A model generated the notes under the pieces. That model did no database searches. It had not been told where the DNA came from and saw only the letters and a list, made by a program, of their open reading frames with translations. A DNA stretch of 64,000 nt from a candidate division Zixibacteria bacterium SM23_73_3 (GTDB lineage Bacteria; Zixibacteria; MSB-5A5; SM1-73): assembly GCA_001304155.1 (NCBI GenBank), contig LJUX01000003.1, positions 331 to 64,330 on the forward strand. The letters are read 5' to 3'. Numbering within the stretch: position 1 is the first letter of the stretch; each line of letters opens with the position of its first letter. Shown piece by piece: positions 17,232 through 25,720 of the stretch. The translations under genes were made by a program, and so were the position numbers.

Positions 17232-17990
17232 ATGGCAGTCCAGAAAGATTGGGTGCTGTTTAAAAAAGACAATGATCCACAAGTCCGGCAGAAGCTTTTG
17301 GAGGAGTATCTGCCCCTGGTGAAAAATGTGGCTGGGCGTATGGCTATGGGATTTCCTAAGTCGGTGGAGCTTTCCGACTTGGTCAACACCGGGGTCATAG
17401 GATTGATCGAAGCCCTATCTAATTTTGATCCCTCTCGGGGAGTGAAATTTGAAACTTATGCCGTTCCGCGAATAAGAGGAGCCATTTTAGATGAGCTCCG
17501 TTCTCTGGATTGGGTGCCCCGCTCAACCAGGGCAAAATCCAGAGAGATCGACAAAGCCACAAGCAAACTGGAGAACCAGCTGGGCAGACGGCCCTCCGGT
17601 AGAGAACTGGCTAAATCTTTGAAGATATCTTCAAAAGAACTCTTCTCCGCATTGGACGATGTCTCTTCCACTACCATGCTATCTTTAGATGATTTAATTT
17701 ACAAGGAGGAGGACAATCGACAGATCCCCCGGGTGGAGACTCTGGAGGATTTGAGTCGAGAAAATGTTTTAGGAGATCTGGAGAAAGAGGAGCTTAAAGC
17801 ATATCTGATCCAAGCCATAAGTCATCTATCCGAGCAGGAGAGATTGGTGGTGGCTCTGTATTACTATGAGGAACTCACCCTGAAAGAGATCGGTGAGGTG
17901 ATGCAGATATCAGAATCCAGAGTTTCCCAGATACATACCAAGTCTGTCTTGAAGCTCAGAGGGCTGATCAAAGAGAAATTTGCCCTGTAA
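17232..17990 (+). CDS. fliA: RNA polymerase sigma factor, FliA/WhiG (sigma28) family
   Basis: Regions 2-4 present. YAVPRIRGAILDELRSLDWVPRS is typical of FliA. C-terminal HTH LTLKEIGEVMQISESRVSQIH. SD GTGAGGTAG. Confidence 0.9.
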   Translation: MAVQKDWVLFKKDNDPQVRQKLLEEYLPLVKNVAGRMAMGFPKSVELSDLVNTGVIGLIEALSNFDPSRGVKFETYAVPRIRGAILDELRSLDWVPRSTRAKSREIDKATSKLENQLGRRPSGRELAKSLKISSKELFSALDDVSSTTMLSLDDLIYKEEDNRQIPRVETLEDLSRENVLGDLEKEELKAYLIQAISHLSEQERLVVALYYYEELTLKEIGEVMQISESRVSQIHTKSVLKLRGLIKEKFAL

Positions 17991-18037
17991 AAGAAAATAG
18001 AGGTTTCTGTCTTATTTCTTATACCTGGAGGAATCAC

Positions 18038-19450
18038 ATGAATCTTCACCCCACATCTGAAAATCTCACTCGGCCATTTGAGCAGAGCACTGAAGCCGGC
18101 ATAGAAGATCAACCACTTCATCCGAATCAGAAAGAAACAAAATTGAGTGAGTCGTTACTCTCTTTACGTGGCAAGCTGAATGAACTTGCCCGGGTTAACC
18201 ACAGGCTCTTTAAGATAATTGATCCCTCCAGGAAAGGAGAGCTTGATGTATATGATCTGAGCTCTGATAAATCGTTATTCCAGGCTGCCTCACAGGATGT
18301 ACTCACAGAACCTGAGCTAAATTATCGACTCTCCTGGCTTTTAGATTTCTTAAGACACTCTTATGGTTTTGAAGATGGGGGAGTCTTTCTCCTTGACGAT
18401 AAGAAGGGTGGCATAAAAAAGCTAATCTTATCTTCAGAACCCTTAGAGGAATTCGAGGATGAGGTGAAAGCTTTGTGGAGAAGAGGCGGTATCGTTCGTG
18501 CGGTTAATCAAAAAAGAAGGATGATTCTTCCGGCAAAAAACGGAGGTAACTTCCTGGTGATCCCATTTAAAATCCTGGACAGGAAAGATGGATTTTGGGT
18601 GGCACATTTTCAGCAGAAAACTATAGCGAAGGAGAAAAAGTCCGTAGACTTGCTTTTCTGGGTGGAGCTTTTTGCTACCTGCATTGAGAATTCTTATCTT
18701 AAAGACTTTTCATCCTCTCCCCAGAAAGAGAAATCTTACCACATTGAAACTGAGAAACTCTTCACCACGGGAGAACTATCCAAAGCCGTGGTGCATGAGA
18801 TAAACAACTCCCTTCAGATAATTTTGGGTAGAACCCAACTTTTAAAGATGAATGAGAAGAAATCTACAAAGAGGTCTTCCGCCGTTTGTATCTTAGAAAC
18901 AATAGAAGACAGCGCGGATCAAATTTGCGCAAATCTAAAAGATTTTTCAGATCATCTACACAGACAGCTTGACAGGGCCACCGATGCAGGTGAAGTAAAC
19001 ATTCAGCATATCCTGAAAAGCAATATTGCTTTGCTCGAATATATACTGAAATCCAACAGCATCAAATTGGAAGTAAACTTAGATGATCATCTTCCCGCTG
19101 TATATGGAAACCCGGGAGAGCTGGAGCTGGCTTTATTGAGCGTGATCTGGGAGATTCAAGACCACCTCTCTTCCGAAGGAACTATTCGTCTCCAAACAAC
19201 CACAGAAGAAAAATCACTCTATTTGGATATATACTGCACTGGAGAAGAGATATACGAACCTGGATATCAGGAATTTACTGACCTGACGATGAATGATCGA
19301 ATTATGATGGTGTCTCAAATCTTGGGGAGTAATCAGGGCGAACTCAAATTTGAAAAAGCTTTAGATAACGAAATGAAGTTCTCCTTGAAATTTTCCATAG
19401 CCTCGGAGACGGAGAGAAACCAGAAAGCACTCAACGAATTGAGGCTGTAA
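18038..19450 (+). CDS. histidine-kinase-like protein with degenerate ATPase domain
   Basis: H-box VVHEINNSLQIILGRTQLL is present. The C-terminal region has HATPase_c-like spacing, but I cannot find the N-box Asn or the G1/G2 glycine motifs. Confidence 0.65.
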   Translation: MNLHPTSENLTRPFEQSTEAGIEDQPLHPNQKETKLSESLLSLRGKLNELARVNHRLFKIIDPSRKGELDVYDLSSDKSLFQAASQDVLTEPELNYRLSWLLDFLRHSYGFEDGGVFLLDDKKGGIKKLILSSEPLEEFEDEVKALWRRGGIVRAVNQKRRMILPAKNGGNFLVIPFKILDRKDGFWVAHFQQKTIAKEKKSVDLLFWVELFATCIENSYLKDFSSSPQKEKSYHIETEKLFTTGELSKAVVHEINNSLQIILGRTQLLKMNEKKSTKRSSAVCILETIEDSADQICANLKDFSDHLHRQLDRATDAGEVNIQHILKSNIALLEYILKSNSIKLEVNLDDHLPAVYGNPGELELALLSVIWEIQDHLSSEGTIRLQTTTEEKSLYLDIYCTGEEIYEPGYQEFTDLTMNDRIMMVSQILGSNQGELKFEKALDNEMKFSLKFSIASETERNQKALNELRL

Positions 19451-19671
19451 CATTCAGGTCCTTATAAGGCGTGAGATCACAGTTACTTATTAGAATACCC
19501 CAAAGCCAGTTTTTGATTTAAAAAACCTGGTATTGGAGGAGATGTTCCGCAATGTCTTAAAAGCTTAAATAATGCCCTGGTCAATAAAGAAAAAAATACT
19601 TCGTTCGATTACCATAAATTTCTTCAAACTGAGCGAAGCTGATTTGATGTTATAAGAAAGGAGGATAAATT

Positions 19672-20205
19672 TTGTCTGATCCAAGAGATTTTGAAGCAGG
19701 GCCCAAATCTGCAACTGCAAATGATTTATTTTCATCCACTACTTTAAAGCAGAGCCCATTTTCGCTCAAGACATCTCATGGTCGCAAGTATGTTCGGATA
19801 GAGTTATCCGCTCCCATTTGTTTCCGTCTGTTGGAATATCGTAAAAGAAGAATAAAGCTCACCAAAGGTCTGGTTTCTGGCGAGATTCTCAATCTGAGTG
19901 AGGGGGGGGTGCTTTTGCTTACCGATTCCCCTATGCCCAATGAGGGTTTTATGCTTTTGACTCTGAATTTGAATAAATTGGTGGTCCTGGAAGGGGTGTT
20001 GGGGAAGATCAAAAGAGTGGAACCCTCAGGAGAAGGTGATTTCCTGGTAGGGGTGGAGTTTACCTGCCGAGAAGAATTGGAGAAACTCACCTCTGTGGAG
20101 CAGATAGAACACCTGCCGGTGAAAGTGGCAAGTTTTGGACAAAAGTTGCGGGAGATCATTTCCAGCTTTTTGCGCACCACTGAGCTTGCCACCAGACAAA
20201 AGTAG
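19672..20205 (+). CDS. PilZ domain protein (c-di-GMP receptor type)
   Basis: RKYVR (RxxxR) and NLSEGG (D/NxSxxG) motifs at the correct spacing. TTG start with AGGAGG 7 nt upstream. Confidence 0.8.
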   Translation: MSDPRDFEAGPKSATANDLFSSTTLKQSPFSLKTSHGRKYVRIELSAPICFRLLEYRKRRIKLTKGLVSGEILNLSEGGVLLLTDSPMPNEGFMLLTLNLNKLVVLEGVLGKIKRVEPSGEGDFLVGVEFTCREELEKLTSVEQIEHLPVKVASFGQKLREIISSFLRTTELATRQK

Positions 20206-20465
20206 ATGAAAGTCCGCAGGATCCTTGCGACCTGTGTATGTTTTTTTCTAATGACGAAAAAGAGAAATGACTCAGAATAAAAATCATTCTTTTGCGGCTT
20301 CATAAACGATCAAAGGGGCAACTCATGGGGGCTGTAGATTTTTTGAGTCTTTTAGAAATCTGAATAGAAAGAAGGAAAATCCACGGAGGGGATGTCATAT
20401 CCTGAGCTTGAGGTTACAGAAATGTCACGTCACCGAAAACCCTTATAAATTGGGGGCACACAAAA

Positions 20466-21359
20466 ATGCAGAAGAGGGGTAAAAAGAAAAATAAAAGATT
20501 GGCAAAATCCTCAAGACTTACCGAGAAGCAAAAGTTTTTGCAAGCAAACCAAAGCCTTGAAAACCTAAAAAACGATCTTGAAGTATTGACCAGCGTCTGT
20601 AAGATGATTGAACAAGCGGCCGGAGAAAGGAAGGTTTTCGAAAGGATGCTGAATTTGATCGGCAAATCCGTAGAGTTCAGTTGTGCCAGCCTGTTTTTGC
20701 TAGATAAAAAGAGGAATCAGATGCAGGAGGTGACTTCGGTGGGAAAGAGAGTGGATTTGATCGACTTTGTAAAATTCGATGCCGGAACCGGGTTTTCTGC
20801 CTGGGTTGCCAAGGAGAAAAGGCCCATTCTTCTTTCTAATCTGCATCGCAAGAGAGGCGAGGAGCAAATCAAGTCTTTTCTCGCCATCCCTTTGATTTTG
20901 AATGGGGAACTATTTGGGGTTATGAATTTAAGTCACATAAGAGCACACGCTTTCGAACCAGAAGAGGTGAGATTTTTAAGCTTGCTCTCCGTTCCAGTGG
21001 CATTGGGCTTGGAGAGAATGTATTATCATTCGGAGTTGGAAAACCTCCAAAAGGAGCTTCAACAAGCCAGGGAACACTCCGGGGAGCTTGAAGAAAAAAT
21101 AACCCGGCTGGAAAGCTTAATTCCTACCCCACAACTGTTAGAGAGCTTAAACCAGAAGATCAAAACCCCACTTTCCAGCATAGCGGAAAACGCTCAGTTT
21201 CTTCTGAATAGTTTTTCACCCCGGCGGGATGATAAATCCCCTCGGGTGAGAAAAAGTTTTAATCCTGAGTTCAAGCGTGGGCTGAAACAGATCAAAAATG
21301 AGGTCAATCAAATTACTAAAACTACAGAAAGAATGCTAAGAAGAGGTTATAGTTTGTAA
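20466..21359 (+). CDS. GAF domain protein with coiled coil and His-less DHp-like segment
   Basis: GAF core (SLFLLDKKRNQMQEV..FLAIPLILNGELFGVMNLSH). C-terminal NQKIKTPLSSIAENAQFL resembles an H-box but lacks the His. No catalytic domain. Confidence 0.7.
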   Translation: MQKRGKKKNKRLAKSSRLTEKQKFLQANQSLENLKNDLEVLTSVCKMIEQAAGERKVFERMLNLIGKSVEFSCASLFLLDKKRNQMQEVTSVGKRVDLIDFVKFDAGTGFSAWVAKEKRPILLSNLHRKRGEEQIKSFLAIPLILNGELFGVMNLSHIRAHAFEPEEVRFLSLLSVPVALGLERMYYHSELENLQKELQQAREHSGELEEKITRLESLIPTPQLLESLNQKIKTPLSSIAENAQFLLNSFSPRRDDKSPRVRKSFNPEFKRGLKQIKNEVNQITKTTERMLRRGYSL

Positions 21360-21377
21360 ACACGAGGAGCCGGTGGC

Positions 21378-21446
21378 ATGGAAAGTCAATCTCAAGCAGT
21401 GCCTTGCGCCTCTGAGAAGATCAAAACTCGATTAATTCCGGAATGA
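21378..21446 (+). CDS. possible 22-aa upstream ORF, ATGA-coupled to the kinase gene
   Basis: ATG 21378 with GAGGAG 7 nt upstream. Its stop TGA (21444-46) overlaps ATG 21443 of the next gene. No homology evidence. Confidence 0.2.
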   Translation: MESQSQAVPCASEKIKTRLIPE

Positions 21447-23236
21447 CATTTATGCGGGATGCCTTAAAATCTAATAAGCCTTCCAAATCAGCGGAACCCT
21501 TCTTCAATGATTTAGAAAAGCTTTTGGATGAGTTACCTCTGGGAGTATTTAAGAGCTCAACTGAGGGACAACTGGAGTATGTGAATAACTTTCTGTTCAG
21601 GTTGTTGGAAAGAGAAGGACAAACTAAACTCGGAGAAGTTGAGTCTTCTAAAAATCAAATTTCCAGCCAGGTTAAAGATTGTGTGGTCTCTGGAAGGCCC
21701 TTATCTGTGAAAGTAAAGGATTTTGAGAATTCAAATCTCTTCGTCCGGGTCTTTCCGATAAAGAATGGAACTGGGAAAGCGGAGGGAGTAGCGGGTTTGG
21801 TGGAAGATATTTCCGGCATAGTAAGCCTGCAAGGAAATCTGCACAAAAAGATTAATGAGCTTTCCATCCTGTGTGAGTTAGGCAAAGTTTTAAGGGGTAC
21901 CCTCAATCTGGAGGAAATACTTCAGATCGTGCTGATCGGTGTCACCGCCGGACAAGGGCTGGGATTCAATCGGGCTTTTCTTTTGCTTCTGAACCAAACG
22001 GGAACCGTGTTAGAGGGAGAGCTGGCCATAGGACCTTCCAACCCGGAGGAGGCCAAGAGAATCTGGGATTCCCTCCTAGCCCGGGAGCAGTCCTTAGAAG
22101 AGGTATTACACTCATACAAGGATGCCTTAAAAGGGAGGGATGTTCTGGTAAATCAGATAGTAAAAAAGCTTAAAATTCCCCTCTCGGATGAAAGAAATCC
22201 ACTAATTCAGTCGATGCTAAATAAAAAGGCATTCAGCATTTCCAGAAGAGAAGGAGGGTTAGGCGAAAATCTTTTTGATATCCTGCAGACCGATCAATTT
22301 GCGGTAGCTCCTCTGATATCCAAGGACAAAATGCTTGGAGTCATCGTAGCTGACAATCGGATCAACCAAGAATCGATTGAAGATGAAGATGTCGAGCTTC
22401 TCTCCATATGTGCTCATCATGCCTCAGCCGCCATAGAAAGCTCCCAGCTCTATTTAGAACTGGCAGAGAAGGTAAGTAAATTAGCGGAAGCTAACAGAAG
22501 GATCGCAGAGAGCAGTCAGAGGCTCTTGAAGGTGGAAAAGCTGTCGGTCTTAGGACAGATCACCTCCCAGGTGGCACATGAGTTGCGAAATCCCATGACC
22601 ATCATCGGGGGATTTGCCCATTCGGTTTTAAAGAAAATGTCTAAGGACAACCCGGATCATGAATATATAAAAATCATAGCCAAAGAGACCGAAAGGATGG
22701 AGAAAGTTTTGAACAACGTGCTCAATTTTTCCAAACCTGATAAGTCGCATCTGGAGATGGTTAACGTGAATGATCTGGTGGACCAGACCTTTGAAATGAT
22801 GGAGCCAGAGATAGATTCTGACAAAATCTCGATGGTCAAGTTTCCCTCCCAGAATCTTCCTTCTGTTCGGGCCAATTCTGATCTTATACGACAGGCTCTG
22901 ATAAACGTCTTCCGCAACGCAATCTGGGCCATGCCCCGGGGAGGCATATTATCAGTCACCACCAGGCAGACTGATAAATTCGTGAAGATAGAGGTCAAAG
23001 ATACCGGCTTTGGTATTTCTCAGGAACACATGAACAAAATCTTCGATTCCTTTTTCACCACCAAGCCTGAAGCTTGTGGTCTGGGATTGACCATAAGTTC
23101 AGAGATAATCAAGAATCACGGAGGCAAGATTGGTGTGGGGAGCGCGGAAGGAAAAGGAACAACTTTCTATTTAGAACTGCCATTGGCAGATGGCAAATTG
23201 GCCGGCGAATCGCCGGAATCTTTAGTTAAATCTTAA
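21443..23236 (+). CDS. sensor histidine kinase (PAS-like + GAF + HisKA + HATPase_c)
   Basis: H-box SQVAHELRNPMTIIGGFA. N-box ALINVFRNAIWAM. G-boxes KDTGFGIS and GLGLTISSEIIKNHGGKIGV. Confidence 0.92.
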   Translation: MTFMRDALKSNKPSKSAEPFFNDLEKLLDELPLGVFKSSTEGQLEYVNNFLFRLLEREGQTKLGEVESSKNQISSQVKDCVVSGRPLSVKVKDFENSNLFVRVFPIKNGTGKAEGVAGLVEDISGIVSLQGNLHKKINELSILCELGKVLRGTLNLEEILQIVLIGVTAGQGLGFNRAFLLLLNQTGTVLEGELAIGPSNPEEAKRIWDSLLAREQSLEEVLHSYKDALKGRDVLVNQIVKKLKIPLSDERNPLIQSMLNKKAFSISRREGGLGENLFDILQTDQFAVAPLISKDKMLGVIVADNRINQESIEDEDVELLSICAHHASAAIESSQLYLELAEKVSKLAEANRRIAESSQRLLKVEKLSVLGQITSQVAHELRNPMTIIGGFAHSVLKKMSKDNPDHEYIKIIAKETERMEKVLNNVLNFSKPDKSHLEMVNVNDLVDQTFEMMEPEIDSDKISMVKFPSQNLPSVRANSDLIRQALINVFRNAIWAMPRGGILSVTTRQTDKFVKIEVKDTGFGISQEHMNKIFDSFFTTKPEACGLGLTISSEIIKNHGGKIGVGSAEGKGTTFYLELPLADGKLAGESPESLVKS

Positions 23237-23251
23237 AACAGGGAGGGAAAG

Positions 23252-23668
23252 ATGCGGATCAAACAATCCAAAGAAAAGCCCAAAGTTAAACGCAACTCTG
23301 TCGGTTCATCCAGCAGGGCGAGCATATTGGTGGTGGATGATGAGGAACACATTCGGAAACTTTATGAAAAGGAGCTTTCAGAGGAAGGGTATCAGGTGAG
23401 AACTGCCACCAGAGGAGAGGATGCTTTAAGAATGGCTGAGGAAAAGCCACCGGACGTGGTGATTCTGGATATCAAACTGCAAGACCAAAATGGTCTTGGA
23501 ATTTTGGGTGGTTTGAGAAAGCTCAACCAAAACACCCCTATTATACTGAACTCAGCATATTCCACCTACAAGAGTGACTTTCAGTCATGGCTGGCAGATG
23601 CATACCTGGTGAAGTCACCCAATTTGGATGAACTTAAAAAAAAGATAAGAGAGCTGGTGAGCATCTGA
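23252..23668 (+). CDS. single-domain response regulator (CheY-like receiver)
   Basis: ILVVDDEE..DVVILDIKLQDQNG..ILNSAY..K receiver signature. SD GGGAGGGA. Confidence 0.9.
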   Translation: MRIKQSKEKPKVKRNSVGSSSRASILVVDDEEHIRKLYEKELSEEGYQVRTATRGEDALRMAEEKPPDVVILDIKLQDQNGLGILGGLRKLNQNTPIILNSAYSTYKSDFQSWLADAYLVKSPNLDELKKKIRELVSI

Positions 23669-23730
23669 AGTTAAATTTGACGTTTTGATCTTGTATCATT
23701 CATTAACAGAGCTAACTGTCGGGGGAGGAT

Positions 23731-24132
23731 ATGATAAAATCCCAAGAGATCGAAAAAGCTTCGGACGTATTGAAATCGCTGGAGGAACTTACCACCCGGG
23801 CGAAAACTATGGCATCCAACTTAGCTTATGCCGCCTCTAAGGCAAGAGAGGCAGGAAGTCTTTCCACCCGGGTTTTTGATGATGTCCTGGATCTGGTTGA
23901 TCAGACTGGCCGCGCCGCCTCGGACATGAGCAGAATAATCCGGGTGGTTAAAATGGAGGTAGGAAAACTTTATAAGCTTTCCCGACACGGGGAGATAGAA
24001 CTGGAGAAAAACAGAGAGTTGATTGAAAAGATCGAACGTTCCTTGGAGTCGGTTTTAGGTGAGAGTCAAAGGGTGTTATATATCATGAAAAAGCTGAAGT
24101 CAGTTTCGGCTGATAATAAATTGATCTCGTGA
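23731..24132 (+). CDS. hypothetical coiled-coil protein with weak resemblance to the MCP signalling tip
   Basis: NLAYAASKAREAGSLSTRVFDDVLDLVDQTGRAASDMSRII loosely parallels NLLALNAAIEAARAGE.GRGFAVVADEVRKLAE of chemoreceptors. Strong SD GGGGGAGGA. Confidence 0.5.
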   Translation: MIKSQEIEKASDVLKSLEELTTRAKTMASNLAYAASKAREAGSLSTRVFDDVLDLVDQTGRAASDMSRIIRVVKMEVGKLYKLSRHGEIELEKNRELIEKIERSLESVLGESQRVLYIMKKLKSVSADNKLIS

Positions 24133-24391
24133 TACCAAAAGCGAAAAAGAATTCTAAGGAATTGGAATTTCCTACCGATCCTTATCAAATGTAAACTAAA
24201 GAGAGGCGGCTGATCGAGCCTGAGGACAGACCGGTCGATGAGGGTCAGCAAAGAAAAAATAGGATGGTGGGGAAAAAGTTTTGATTCTTTGACCAATTAA
24301 GACAATTCATAATTCTAAAAAATAAAGGTTTTTTGGGCCAGGGTACACTTTTTTTAATCATCATATTTCTTGTAGTCTGGAAAGAGGGGCT

Positions 24392-24724
24392 ATGCTGATT
24401 TTGACCAGGAAGTTGGGAGAAAGCGTTACCATTGGAGATGATATCAAGATAACCATCTTAGGGGTGCGGGGACGGCAGGTGCGATTAGGGATAATCGCTC
24501 CGCAGAAAGTAACCATACATAGAGAGGAAATATATTTCAAAATCCAGGAGGAGAACAAGAGGGCGGCTGACAGCACGGTGGATGAGGTCTTAAGGGTTGC
24601 CACTCTGGTGAAAGAGGACCACAAGACGCTTCAGACAGCTTCTGCCTCAGATCTTTCAGAAACAAAAAAATCCGAAAAGAACAAAGACTCAAAAAAAGAC
24701 AATAGAGCAAAACCAAAGAGGTGA
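24392..24724 (+). CDS. csrA: carbon storage regulator CsrA with long Lys/Ser-rich C-terminal tail
   Basis: [48 protein letters not shown] is canonical CsrA. Total 110 aa. Confidence 0.95.
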   Translation: MLILTRKLGESVTIGDDIKITILGVRGRQVRLGIIAPQKVTIHREEIYFKIQEENKRAADSTVDEVLRVATLVKEDHKTLQTASASDLSETKKSEKNKDSKKDNRAKPKR

Positions 24725-24727
24725 GTC

Positions 24728-24910
24728 ATGTTTTTCAAATCCAGGAACAAAAAGAGAGGCGAGGATTTAAATCGAAAGGTGGAGAAGTTTAGAAGATGGT
24801 GGCAGGATGAACCCCAGAATCTTTCCTTGGAACGATCAAATCGCTCAAAAGGGAACAAGTCAACCACCAGATCTTTTGATTCAAGCTTTGTCTATTACGA
24901 GGAAGGTTGA
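24728..24910 (+). CDS. small basic hypothetical protein (60 aa) between csrA and fliW
   Basis: ATG 4 nt after the csrA stop, with AGAGGTGAG SD. K/R-rich sequence. No family recognised. Confidence 0.45.
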   Translation: MFFKSRNKKRGEDLNRKVEKFRRWWQDEPQNLSLERSNRSKGNKSTTRSFDSSFVYYEEG

Positions 24911-25087
24911 TCAATTTACAAACAGGCTAACGCCAGAGATTGATTTCTTTATCAAGTTGCTTTTCCTTTAAAGGTGAGAACCCTCACAAGATCTTCGAAG
25001 TTGGGGGGTAGCTATGAAATGGAATTCAAATAACCTTTGCGTCTTTCTTTAAACTTATCTGAAAGCTTGGACCTACCAGGGGGGAGA

Positions 25088-25561
25088 ATGAAATTTGTCA
25101 CTACCAGATTTGGAGAGATCGATTTTAAAGAGAATGAGGTAATCCTCCTTCCCAAGGGAGTTTTAGGTTTTTCTCAGCTAACTCGATATGTGATTCTGAA
25201 GAGGAAGAAATCTGCTCCTTTCCTATGGCTTCAATCCATTGAAGACTCCAATGTGGCTTTTCTGATCATGGATCCGGTGCAATTTTTTCCCAATTACAAG
25301 CTTCAGATCGACGAGATAGAACTGGAAGAGTTGAATTATACTAACTCCAGCGATCTGGTTACCTATGTTATAGTCACGGTTCCTCAAGACGTGTCTTTGA
25401 CTTCTGCGGATCTCTTGGGTCCTTTGGTGATAAATCCCAAAAAGAGATTGGCCAAGCAGGCGGTCATGCCCAACAGCCCTTACACTACAAAACATTATCT
25501 TTTGGATGAGTTCAAAAAAAGATTTCGTCGAAAATATACCAAAAGAAGGGCTTCTGTGTGA
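25088..25561 (+). CDS. fliW: flagellar assembly factor FliW (CsrA antagonist)
   Basis: MKFVTTRFGEIDFKENEVILLPKGVLGF..PFLWLQSIEDSNVAFLIMDP..FFPNY is typical of FliW. Start set at ATG 25088 (GGGGGGAGA SD) rather than TTG 25037. Confidence 0.9.
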   Translation: MKFVTTRFGEIDFKENEVILLPKGVLGFSQLTRYVILKRKKSAPFLWLQSIEDSNVAFLIMDPVQFFPNYKLQIDEIELEELNYTNSSDLVTYVIVTVPQDVSLTSADLLGPLVINPKKRLAKQAVMPNSPYTTKHYLLDEFKKRFRRKYTKRRASV

Positions 25562-25720
25562 GGGCTTAATTGTATGCCACGTCCGGGCAGAACACCAAAG
25601 TATTGGCTTTAGATAACCTTCAGTTTGACCATTGCAATCTCTTAGCACAAAGCTCCATATGAGAGCTTAAATCTTTATTGATCTTCGCTCGACTTACTTA
25701 TTTTAACCAGGAGGATTTCG

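Noticed and set aside
24274-24300. Possible sigma28 promoter upstream of csrA (aAAAGTTT-N11-CCAATTAA).
   Set aside because: The -35 half is good, but the -10 half matches GCCGATAA at only about 4-5 of 8 positions, including loss of the conserved CGA core. This is not strong enough without a mapped transcription start.
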